DNA of 64,000 nucleotides from a virus, in IMG/VR virus record IMGVR_UViG_3300008255_000101, positions 86,183 through 150,182 of that record; one strand, 5' to 3'. The notes beneath the pieces are model-generated. The model searched no databases. It saw only the letters and a list, made by a program, of their open reading frames with translations, and was not told the DNA's origin. The translations under genes and the position numbers were made by a program. Position 1 is the first letter of the stretch; each line of letters starts with the position of its first letter. Shown here in pieces: positions 49,718-58,524 of this stretch.

Positions 49718-50632
49718 TTAGCTCAACAGTAGCAGTGTAGCGGATGCCATCTGGGCCTGACCGTCCACTGACTCTCCTTTCATTATCATTCCAACCATGT
49801 CTGTAAGTTTTTCCACAATGTTCAGGATCCTAACGGGGCCCATTGTCCTCAAGCGGGGCAGGAGCCTGTTTCTCAGGAACCATTCATTTTGACCAAAAGC
49901 GGCAGCCAGGTCCCGCGTGGATACCTTCTCGGAATCCTGCATCAACATGGCAAAGTACAAAGAAAGGTCATCAACAATCCTAGAGGTGAACTCCAAATAG
50001 GAATCTGATCTTAAAATCAAATCCGCGGTGTCCTTGGGAAGCTTGAATAGGAATGAGTCCTTATAGGACATATAGGTGACCTCGTCGCTTAGTTTTCGAC
50101 TAACCACTGAGGTTCTTCCCACCAACCCCTCTCCGTTGGTAGCGGCGTACTCGATACAACTAAGGATACCCGACCAGCCCCCGCCATCGTTATTATCGGC
50201 TGCAGCCTGGGTGCCCTCCTCATCGTAGGAAATACCCATGAGAGAGCAGGCAAACGATATGTCATTTTTCAGGGTCTTATCAGTAGGGTTGGTGACCTCT
50301 ACCACGGTGCAGTTACCCATGAGATTTCCCCACTGGGCCTTAGTCGTGTAGAGATTCTCCTGGAATGGTATGACCCTGGTGCACCCCGTGGAGGCATTCA
50401 GAAACTCGTCTAGACCACCCTCACTCTGAGTCTGGAACAATGTCACCTTGTGGGGGTCTGTCGCGGACGGCCACTCATGGACATCCAGCTCTTTAGACAA
50501 GACCCTGCAGAGATGCCTTGCAAATATCTCGGCAGCAGGGTAATTGTAGCCCTTCCCCGTAAAAACAAATGTTCGGGGGTTGGCTTCTATGTCACGTGTC
50601 AAAGACAGTGCTTCTCTGAAGGATACTTTCAT
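49718..50632 (-). CDS. Putative DNA polymerase III delta (HolA)-like subunit
   Basis: ~300 aa; FVFTG N-terminus, LAAAFGQNEWFL and MIMKGE C-terminal pattern; next to a delta-prime-like gene. Confidence 0.5.
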   Translation of the reverse strand: MKVSFREALSLTRDIEANPRTFVFTGKGYNYPAAEIFARHLCRVLSKELDVHEWPSATDPHKVTLFQTQSEGGLDEFLNASTGCTRVIPFQENLYTTKAQWGNLMGNCTVVEVTNPTDKTLKNDISFACSLMGISYDEEGTQAAADNNDGGGWSGILSCIEYAATNGEGLVGRTSVVSRKLSDEVTYMSYKDSFLFKLPKDTADLILRSDSYLEFTSRIVDDLSLYFAMLMQDSEKVSTRDLAAAFGQNEWFLRNRLLPRLRTMGPVRILNIVEKLTDMVGMIMKGESVDGQAQMASATLLLLS

Positions 50633-50725
50633 AGGACCCTCCTACACGAGGAACCGACACATAGGAAGGCTGCAAAATCCCCCTCACTCTGGGAGACCAC
50701 CACCGAGTTCACTACCCAGAAAAAG

Positions 50726-51736
50726 TTAACCTTCACGTTCTTTTCTCCCACGCTCTATGTCCGCCCTTATGAGTAGACTGGTTATACCCACGGCCCAGAT
50801 GAACATCGCCCTGGCCTGCTTCTCATGGGTGGCCATCACCTTGGCGAAAGCGTTCAGGCACCTGTTTATATCAGACTCACTGTGGCTACCAGCATGCTCC
50901 AGGTACCAACTTGTGCGACTAGGCATAGAGACATGGAGGGTATCCATGAACTTCACTTTCAGAAAGTCCGTGCACATGGCCACCATGACCTCAGCCAAAA
51001 CCTTAGCCCCCAGGGCATTGGACTGATTCACGAAACCGGAGAATTTAGCCAGGGCCTTGCATGTATCCCCACGCAGGATGTAAGTGAAAAGCTGGGGGGC
51101 GGTCTCGTGGGCTTTGGTGACCGTATCGGCATTATCCATGGGGTCGATCGACAAGAATGGGCTAAGCTTTGACAATTCCTCGGCTTTCTTTATCTTCATG
51201 CCGGCCTTCATCATTAGGGGCTGGTACGTAGTGCAGGAAGAATCCCCTGTGAAAAACATTTTGGTGCGAGACATGATGGTGGACGAAATATCCCTTCTGT
51301 CCCTGCACGTAAGAATGACCAAGACCCCGTCTGGGTCTTCTTCCAAAACTTTAAGGAGGCTCGCTTCAGCAGAGGGGGTGAGTTTCTCAGCTCGCTTAAT
51401 CAAAAGGCACCTTCTGTCGGATACCGTAGAAAAGTCTGTCAAAAAGTCCAGAGCTTCCCGTACAGTCCCCACTAGTAGGTTACCTGCCTCGGACAACTCC
51501 ATGGAGAACAGATCGGGGTGTTCGGATCCAAAAACCCTGCAGGATGGGCACGGGCACGAGGGGTCGTGGGTGCCGGTACACAAAAAGTACCGGGCTAACA
51601 GATCCGCAGTGTTCCACCTGTTATGATCGGAGGTCCCGTGCAATAGGAAAACACCTCCAGGAAGTCCTGAGCCCCTTATGTAGGTGCTCAACTGCTCTTC
51701 TGTTCGATTCGGTAGGGTCACCTGATTAAACGGCAT
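50726..51736 (-). CDS. DNA polymerase III delta-prime (HolB)-like subunit
   Basis: FLLHG, C...CPCPSC...HPDL, AEKLTPSAEASLLKVLEE, TIMSR. Confidence 0.8.
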   Translation of the reverse strand: MPFNQVTLPNRTEEQLSTYIRGSGLPGGVFLLHGTSDHNRWNTADLLARYFLCTGTHDPSCPCPSCRVFGSEHPDLFSMELSEAGNLLVGTVREALDFLTDFSTVSDRRCLLIKRAEKLTPSAEASLLKVLEEDPDGVLVILTCRDRRDISSTIMSRTKMFFTGDSSCTTYQPLMMKAGMKIKKAEELSKLSPFLSIDPMDNADTVTKAHETAPQLFTYILRGDTCKALAKFSGFVNQSNALGAKVLAEVMVAMCTDFLKVKFMDTLHVSMPSRTSWYLEHAGSHSESDINRCLNAFAKVMATHEKQARAMFIWAVGITSLLIRADIERGRKEREG

Positions 51737-51922
51737 TTTTTTCCTTAAGCACTAGAGTAAAACGACCATGTCCTCGTAATAGGACATAAGCCTTCTCAAA
51801 TATTCATCGGCTGCGGACTTCTTTCAGGTTCACTGCATGGCAGCCAAATCCAGGTGAACCGTTACCGGAGGTCTATGTTAACACGGGGTCTAGTCCACTA
51901 CCCCGAAGACCGCCTAAAAATA

Positions 51923-51950
51923 CTCTACCTATAGCAACTGTATCTTCTAG
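51923..51950. repeat. 28-bp direct repeat, copy 1
   Basis: CTCTACCTATAGCAACTGTATCTTCTAG. Confidence 0.9.
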
Positions 51951-51974
51951 ATATGCTTGTTCAAATAATGATTT

Positions 51975-52560
51975 TTTGGTTTTTTCGCCAAATTCGGCCA
52001 CCTCTAGCCACATTGACTTTACCCACCGCTCTCTAGCACTTGCCAGGAATCCAGGGCGTTCCACGTTCACGCTCAGTAACGTACGTGCTCCTTTTCCGAA
52101 AAAGGAGTGAAAATCTCGAACCGTTGTAGTAAGACTCCGCAGCACCCCGGCATTCACCCTGCTTACGCGAGGTAGGTGGTGGGAGTCCGACCCACTGCCG
52201 CCGTTGTGTTTAAAGGAAGGAACTGCGTGTTTCACGCCAATTAAGGCATTTTTCCTACATACGCTCTTTCGAGAGGGGCTATCAAGACATACCCGAACCA
52301 TGTCCGTTCGGGTCAAAGTCGACGGCCTGGTTGAAACGACCCCGGTCACCTTCAAGGGCCAAACCCATTCATTGCGGCCACATAAGTAGCTCCACGCCGA
52401 GGAATCTTGCCTGTCAGAACACGAAGCACAGGCGGAGTGAGGACGCATCCCCAAGAGGTTTCCCTCCCTTAGCTCGCCTTTCCAGTGTCCAGTTTGAGTG
52501 GTCATTTCGTCCTTTTTAGACCCCACCGGGGTCATACACCATGAATAGGTGTTCTCCAAT
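51975..52560 (-). ncRNA. Candidate large structured non-coding RNA (~580 nt)
   Basis: At least 9 hairpins plus long-range helices; several GNRA loops read on the minus strand. Boundaries and strand are approximate. Confidence 0.6.
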
Positions 52561-52594
52561 ATATGAAGGCACCCTTCGTTTTTAAACAAAAAAT

Positions 52595-52984
52595 TTACCG
52601 ATAGGCGGCCATACGCTCCAGATTTACCTTCCAGCGCTCCACCACAGGTGCCAATTCCTCGGCTCCTTTAAGAATGTCAGGGTTAGGGAAATCCTTCTGT
52701 TTCAGCACGATAACCTGGTCTAATCCCTCGATTGTAGCCTTTAGTGCCAGGTTTTCAGGATTTAGGACCTCAGTACTCTTGATCAGTACTAGGGGGAATA
52801 ACCCCTCCTTCTCTATACTTCCCAGGGTACCCAGCTGCTCTGCTACGATATCAGGAGTATTAAAAAGGGAGTACGAAACCATGTGTAGCCTCCTGTCCCT
52901 TAGGTAGATGGTTCTAAGGAAGTCAGTGAACATATTCACTGATAGGACGTCTTTCCAGATAATTCCGATTCTTTTAATAGGCAT
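52595..52984 (-). CDS. Hypothetical protein
   Basis: 129 aa with an AGAGGGG RBS and protein-like composition. Confidence 0.7.
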   Translation of the reverse strand: MPIKRIGIIWKDVLSVNMFTDFLRTIYLRDRRLHMVSYSLFNTPDIVAEQLGTLGSIEKEGLFPLVLIKSTEVLNPENLALKATIEGLDQVIVLKQKDFPNPDILKGAEELAPVVERWKVNLERMAAYR

Positions 52985-53087
52985 AAGCCCCTCTTTGGTT
53001 ACATCCCCTTAAGATAGGGATCTTTAAGAAAAAATGGTAGAGGGGGTCGATCGAACTCATTAAATGATTTCTGTTTCGTCGTTCTCC

Positions 53088-53115
53088 CTCTACCTATAGC
53101 AACTATATCTTCTAG
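53088..53115. repeat. 28-bp direct repeat, copy 2
   Basis: CTCTACCTATAGCAACTATATCTTCTAG (1 mismatch to copy 1). Confidence 0.9.
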
Positions 53116-53320
53116 TAGATATCCGTGAAACGGATATCACTTACTTACGTAAGTAATATCCTTGTATAAATACATAATGAATTAATCCTAAAATGGGGGA
53201 GTCCGCAAGTGAAAGAGATATTTCCCCCTACAGCTGGAAAGTTAGCTTTTAGTGAGGGATAGGATCCTAGGGTCAGTTGAGATTTCCTGGATCAATCCCT
53301 AATACCGTCGAAGTTTCTAG

Positions 53321-53349
53321 TTAAAAATCTGATACAGATAACGTATAGT
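53321..53349 (+). promoter_or_regulatory. Sigma70-like promoter for the rightward replication operon
   Basis: TTAAAA-N17-TATAGT; same architecture at 56844-56872 (+), 46786-46814 (-) and 24081-24109 (-). Confidence 0.6.
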
Positions 53350-53393
53350 ACCTCAGGATGTTATTGGTCATCCTGGATTTTAAAGGAAAACTG

Positions 53394-53753
53394 ATGCCAC
53401 AGGGTAAAGATAACGAAGGAACTGGTTTTCGCGCTGTAAGCGGGCTGGTTCAAACATTGAAAGTAGCAGAGATGGATGCAAGCATAGCTTCCAACCTGGA
53501 ACGTGCCAAGGATGCTCTGAAAGATCTGGCTAATGTGGTTACCACTCAATGTGCCCTCCTGATGGAGATCACCCAGAAGGGTGCTGACGCTAGCACTATA
53601 GCTTCTGTACATACCCAGTACAACAAGTGCTCGCAGATGTACCATTCGAAATTAAGCAAGTTTGTGGATGTCAGCCTGAGACAAGCTGAAACCATGCTGG
53701 ACGATAAAGAAAGAACGGCAAAGCTCCTGAAAGAGCTGGACCCCTCACGATAA
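53394..53753 (+). CDS. Hypothetical helical protein
   Basis: AAAGGA RBS; first gene of the rightward operon. Confidence 0.65.
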   Translation: MPQGKDNEGTGFRAVSGLVQTLKVAEMDASIASNLERAKDALKDLANVVTTQCALLMEITQKGADASTIASVHTQYNKCSQMYHSKLSKFVDVSLRQAETMLDDKERTAKLLKELDPSR

Positions 53754-53765
53754 TACACACCTGGA

Positions 53766-54389
53766 GTGATAACAAAGATGAGTCCTAACAGACCTACCTA
53801 CAAAGATGACCGTATCCAGAGGTCCCTCTTCAGAAGTGAAGAGCACTACGTTAAAGCGGAGAAGATGCTTGACGGGGTCCTGACCGGTAAGATAGGGGAC
53901 GCCCCCATGGGAGACAACGGGGAAATTGCTTTCTCAACGGTCCTCGATATTATGGGGGACGAGAATAAAGCACTGGACTACATGGACTACGAACACCTGG
54001 TGGAACTCTACCTCAGGCACAGCCCCCTGTTTTTCAACCTGGCCGGTGACGATATTGTGTCCCTGAGGCCTGCCAATTTTGAGAAACCCGTAGTACCGCC
54101 GGACACCCTGTACTTTGGGACAGTTCGTGGCGTGGCTCAGAGAGCCCTGGAGCAAGGCCTCGAGAGCAGGAAGCACCCCCACGTTGTACTGACATCGGAT
54201 ATTACAGCAGCCGTGAGACGTTCCCACCAGTTCAGTATGAGCACCAAGGACGAGGCAGTCCTGCTCACTGTGGATGCGGGACGTGCTTACAAAGACGGTA
54301 AAGAATTTTTGGTGGGAAATAGGAGTGGGTTGTACATGGCAACCCACATCAGTCGCAAGTACCTAACCTACGACGATTCTACCCACTAA
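53766..54389 (+). CDS. RNA 2'-phosphotransferase (Tpt1/KptA)-like protein, degenerate
   Basis: PPDTLYFGT...GLES.KHPHVVLT...LTVDA.RA..DG..F pattern of the Tpt1 C-lobe. Confidence 0.7.
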   Translation: MITKMSPNRPTYKDDRIQRSLFRSEEHYVKAEKMLDGVLTGKIGDAPMGDNGEIAFSTVLDIMGDENKALDYMDYEHLVELYLRHSPLFFNLAGDDIVSLRPANFEKPVVPPDTLYFGTVRGVAQRALEQGLESRKHPHVVLTSDITAAVRRSHQFSMSTKDEAVLLTVDAGRAYKDGKEFLVGNRSGLYMATHISRKYLTYDDSTH

Positions 54390-54451
54390 CAAACTGTTTC
54401 GTGTAAGGGGTTTAAGGCCTCCTGCCCATTAAAGGGCAAAAGGATAATGCA

Positions 54452-56824
54452 ATGGCTGCAGATATGAAAATGCTAAAGGGTGAGGTGGTACGCATTAAGC
54501 ACCACTCAACCGAGACAGGTTTCTGCGTATTCGTCATCAAGGTGGTGAAAGAGGGCAGAGTTTCCAATCACTCCATGAGTTGTTCTGGCACCTCGGACGA
54601 ACCCCCGACACCCGGATCGATGGTGGAAGTGTACGGGACAGTGTCTAATGACACCAAGTGGGGTCCTCAAATGAAGTACTCCGCTTTCCACGTTACTTCC
54701 GGGATGAGTGCCACTGCCGTTGCTCATTACCTACGTTCCTTCGCGAAGTACCTAGGGCCGGAGAAATCTCTGGCCATCGCCCGTAGATTTGGTACGGACC
54801 TTGAGAAAATTCTGGACGAGGACCCCGACGCACTGCTGCAGGTCAAGGGCATAGGCGCCACTATCGTCGCCAACATTGTGGAAGGCTGGCGCGAGAACCG
54901 CAGCATGCACACCATCAAAATCTTTCTGAGTTCCATAGGGCTACCCGACTACAAGATCCGGGAGATTGCCTCCAAACATGGACCAGAGTACGACTCCCTC
55001 ATTAAGGACGACCCCTACGTCCTCATGTATGAGGGGATTGGTTTTTCCATTTGTGACGAGATCGCCCTTAAGCTAAAAATACCGGCCAGCTCCAAAACCC
55101 GTTTAAAGGGTTTGATTCTGTTTGCTCTGCGTTCGGCCACTATCACAGGCGATGGTCATTTGTATGTTACACAGCGCCACATCCTGGGGGAAGTGAACGA
55201 ATTCAACATGAAAGCTTCGTTCGATCGTAAAATCGATCAGACCGGTGTGGTGTGGAGCATGCTCGAAGAGGGCATGAATGAGCTGATCGAGAACGGCCAT
55301 GTCGTTCAAGAGGAGGACAGGTTCTACCTCCTGGGCCATTATTTCTTCGAAAGTAAGTCTGCTGAGATCCTGGCAGAGATTATTAACTCTCCAGGTGAAG
55401 CCAAACTTGAGAACGTGGATCCAGAGGGTTTGGTTTCTTACTATGAGAAACATGAACAACTCCGTATTCCTGATTTTAAGTTTGGCGAAAAACAATCAGA
55501 AGCTATAAAGTCCTTTGTCCGCGACAAGGTTATGGTGGTAACAGGACCCCCGGGTACCGGTAAAACCACCATCATCAAAACATTTGTCCGCATCCTGGAT
55601 AATGCCAAAGTCACCTACTGCCTGCTGGCGCCCACAGGTATTGCCTCGAAAAGGCTGGAGGCGACCAGTAATAAGCCTGCTGCCACTATTCACAGGCATT
55701 TGGGTTTTCAGGGCTCCCGTGGTTGGAAAAAGAACAGCGAGAGCACCCTTGAGGAGTCCTTCATCATCGTGGACGAGTTCTCCATGGTAGACATGGAATT
55801 GTTCTACAGGCTCATAAGCTCCATGAGGCACAATTCCCACATTGTATTCGTGGGGGACGTGTACCAGTTACCCAGCGTTGGTCCAGGTAACGTGCTAAAG
55901 GATTTGATTCGAAGCCAGAAAATACCTACGGTAATGCTGGATAAGGTTCATAGGCAAGCGGAGCAGTCCGACATCGTTTTGGCTGCCAATAGAATCAAGG
56001 ATGGGGACACCAATCTGGACCTATTCAAGAGCGACATCAATGCCGATATTTGTTTTGTCCGCACCAACAATGACATCTTAGCAGGGGAGAAGGCGATCAG
56101 TCAAGTTTGCCAATCTCTGGAAAAGACCACCAACATAACCTACCAGGTCATCACCCCACGAAACGACGGGGACCTCAGCGTTTCTACAATCAATGAGCTC
56201 CTGCAAGGGGTCCTAAACCCCCCGGGTGTCTTTAAACATGAGGGGTCTGTTAACCAGATTGCCCTAAACAAGACCACCTTCATCCGTCCCGGCGACAAAG
56301 TAATGGTTATCAAAAACAATTACAACCTCGGCGTATTTAATGGGGATGTGGGTAAAGTGAAACTCATCACCCAGGAAGTTGTCAGGATCACGCTATTGTC
56401 CGGGGAGTCCGTGGCTATACCCATTGCGGATTCCCGTAACATGCTGAAGCTTGCCTACGCCGCCACGGTGCACAAAGTGCAAGGTACCGAATTCTCAGTG
56501 TGCATCATACCCCTGCTAAAATCACACGGTTCCATGCTACTGCAAAGAAACCTACTCTACACGGCTTTGACCCGTGCTCGGAAAAAAGTTGTGGTAGTGG
56601 GGCAGGAGTCTGCCATCCATGCGGCCATAACCAATGCCGAGATCCGGAACAGAAGTACTCGTTTTGCAGAGAAGATCCAAGCATGCTGCAATGAGTTTGT
56701 CCCCAACGGTTCTCGGTTTACCAAGAAGCTGTACAGTATTCCTGCCACAGCCTCAAATTTTCATGCTGTCCAGAAACTCATCCACCCCTCGGTTAAGCAG
56801 AGGTCCTACGTTGACGAGATGTAG
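54452..56824 (+). CDS. recD2: RecD2-type SF1B helicase
   Basis: N-terminal OB and HhH domains (VKGIG), TGPPGTGKT, VDEFSM, GDVYQLPSVG, HRQ, YAATVHKVQG, LYTALTRA. Confidence 0.92.
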   Translation: MAADMKMLKGEVVRIKHHSTETGFCVFVIKVVKEGRVSNHSMSCSGTSDEPPTPGSMVEVYGTVSNDTKWGPQMKYSAFHVTSGMSATAVAHYLRSFAKYLGPEKSLAIARRFGTDLEKILDEDPDALLQVKGIGATIVANIVEGWRENRSMHTIKIFLSSIGLPDYKIREIASKHGPEYDSLIKDDPYVLMYEGIGFSICDEIALKLKIPASSKTRLKGLILFALRSATITGDGHLYVTQRHILGEVNEFNMKASFDRKIDQTGVVWSMLEEGMNELIENGHVVQEEDRFYLLGHYFFESKSAEILAEIINSPGEAKLENVDPEGLVSYYEKHEQLRIPDFKFGEKQSEAIKSFVRDKVMVVTGPPGTGKTTIIKTFVRILDNAKVTYCLLAPTGIASKRLEATSNKPAATIHRHLGFQGSRGWKKNSESTLEESFIIVDEFSMVDMELFYRLISSMRHNSHIVFVGDVYQLPSVGPGNVLKDLIRSQKIPTVMLDKVHRQAEQSDIVLAANRIKDGDTNLDLFKSDINADICFVRTNNDILAGEKAISQVCQSLEKTTNITYQVITPRNDGDLSVSTINELLQGVLNPPGVFKHEGSVNQIALNKTTFIRPGDKVMVIKNNYNLGVFNGDVGKVKLITQEVVRITLLSGESVAIPIADSRNMLKLAYAATVHKVQGTEFSVCIIPLLKSHGSMLLQRNLLYTALTRARKKVVVVGQESAIHAAITNAEIRNRSTRFAEKIQACCNEFVPNGSRFTKKLYSIPATASNFHAVQKLIHPSVKQRSYVDEM

Positions 56825-56901
56825 GAAGACTGAAAACTTTTAGTTAAAAAAAAGCAGTCACCCCTATACATTGAAAAGCGCGAATTAAGGAAGTCGTTAT
56901 T

Positions 56902-58449
56902 ATGTCAGAAGTAAAAGAAAAAGATATCGAAGCATTCAGCACTGAAGAGCTTCTCAGGCTAGACCTTGGTAAGGATATCTACCAGGTTTTTGAGTTCATC
57001 CAGAACCTAGGTGTGGTGCAGAACAATGTCAGCGTTCCTGACCCTGCCTATTATCGTCGTCTCATTACTGAGGCTCGAGGCCACGCCTCGACGGTAAGGC
57101 AAGAAGTGTCCAAGGTGCTCAGGGCTAAGACCAAGGCCCAGTCCCGTTTAACCTCAAGGACCACCCGGTACCAGATCCTCTTGGAGGATAAGCTTGAGAA
57201 CGACGTAGCAGTCCAAGCCGGGGTTAGCATCGAGGACAGGAAAGCCAGGGCTGCCAATACCTTGGTATCGTTGAAGAACTCCATCAACGAAGCCAAAAAT
57301 GAAGTGGAAGCTCTAAAGAATCTTAAACAAGCTCTGGACGTAACCTTACGTGACTTCAACGCCATGTGCTCGGATTTTAGGGAGCAAGCCAAACTTTTAC
57401 AGGAAGAGCTCAAACGTCTACCCCAGTTACCTCCCAACGGGAATGATGTGGACTCGGGAGCTTCCTTCGCAGGAAGCGTAAAGGACATCGAAGAGAAATA
57501 CGGCATAGGTGTCACCGTTGCTTCTGTCGGGTTAGAACCCGAAGTAGCGGATGAGCTGACCATCGAAGACGAGGAGGAATCCTCTGACCCTACAGACGAC
57601 TTGATCGCCGGCATGATGGATAGCTTTGCATCCGTCTCCCCAAGTGTTTCTTTGGAAATACCTGACCTACAAGCGGATGACATGACGGTGGGCGAAGAAA
57701 GCCCCCCCGACTTAGCGACTCAGGAAGGGGTCCAACAGACATTGGACGTGGATATTGAAGCGGACATGGGTTACACCCTGCCTGGTGAGGAGTTTGAAGA
57801 AACTCCAGAAGATTCTACGGGTGGTGAATCTTCTGAGGAAATCTCATTGGATTTGCCTGATACCGATCTCTCCCTACCCGAGGAGACACCCGACTTTGAC
57901 CTGGAAGTACCTGACAGCCCAGCACTGGGAACCGCATCGGGAGATTCTAGTGATTCAATGTCCATGGAAATCCCAGGCGGTACGGACATTACCCCCGAAA
58001 GACCCACTAATAGTGAAGAGTCTGCATTCGATATGTATGCCGACAGTGACGACGAGGTCACCGTAGAGGATGACCTAGACTTCATTGGGAACCTTTTCAA
58101 CGAGGAAGATATATCGGATCAGGTAGAGGGTTACGTCTCTGAGGAGTTATCCCTGGAGGCGCCGTCCCTATCTTTAACCGAAGATAAAGAGATTCCACTT
58201 ACCGAAGAGACCGCGTCGAATGACGAAGTTTCCGACGAAGTGACGCAGGATTTTGAAGTGGCTTCCGTGTCCACGACCGAACCTAAGATGTCCAAGCACT
58301 TTGCTGAGACGGAAGAGGAGAAGGTCCCCGACATGAGCATGTCCATGGATGAACCCTTGGAATCTAAGGCCGCCCCGAGTACTCCCGAGAAAAATGCTGA
58401 TACCCTCACGGGTATTGACGAGCTCCTCGGAGCACTTCTTGGTGGCTGA
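56902..58449 (+). CDS. Coiled-coil protein with a long acidic tail (possible UvsY-like recombination mediator)
   Basis: N-terminal coiled coil (SIEDRKARA) then >300 aa D/E-rich; immediately upstream of the SSB gene. Confidence 0.5.
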   Translation: MSEVKEKDIEAFSTEELLRLDLGKDIYQVFEFIQNLGVVQNNVSVPDPAYYRRLITEARGHASTVRQEVSKVLRAKTKAQSRLTSRTTRYQILLEDKLENDVAVQAGVSIEDRKARAANTLVSLKNSINEAKNEVEALKNLKQALDVTLRDFNAMCSDFREQAKLLQEELKRLPQLPPNGNDVDSGASFAGSVKDIEEKYGIGVTVASVGLEPEVADELTIEDEEESSDPTDDLIAGMMDSFASVSPSVSLEIPDLQADDMTVGEESPPDLATQEGVQQTLDVDIEADMGYTLPGEEFEETPEDSTGGESSEEISLDLPDTDLSLPEETPDFDLEVPDSPALGTASGDSSDSMSMEIPGGTDITPERPTNSEESAFDMYADSDDEVTVEDDLDFIGNLFNEEDISDQVEGYVSEELSLEAPSLSLTEDKEIPLTEETASNDEVSDEVTQDFEVASVSTTEPKMSKHFAETEEEKVPDMSMSMDEPLESKAAPSTPEKNADTLTGIDELLGALLGG

Positions 58450-58524
58450 TGCGTCCCAAACACCACCACGTACACTAAAGCCAAAGCCCACGTTTACGTT
58501 TTCACAGCATAGAGGAATACCACC

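Noticed and set aside
52070-52110. Minus-strand GCACGTACGTTACTGAG resembling the 3' side of group II intron domain V
   Set aside because: The catalytic AGC/CGC 5' strand is missing, and there is no GUGYG 5' end in context or split gene.
52148-52200. tRNA or tmRNA suggested by a T-arm-like hairpin
   Set aside because: Loop is UCGGACU rather than UUCRANY, and there is no D-arm, CCA end or tag frame; kept only as a subdomain of the candidate RNA.
53097-53112. Minus-strand GAAGATATAGTT resembling the group I intron S element
   Set aside because: No matching P, Q or R elements and no interrupted gene found.
51923-53115. 28-bp repeat as a CRISPR repeat or dif site
   Set aside because: Only two copies, 1.1 kb apart, with no spacer array or cas genes; the arms are not palindromic like XerC/D sites.
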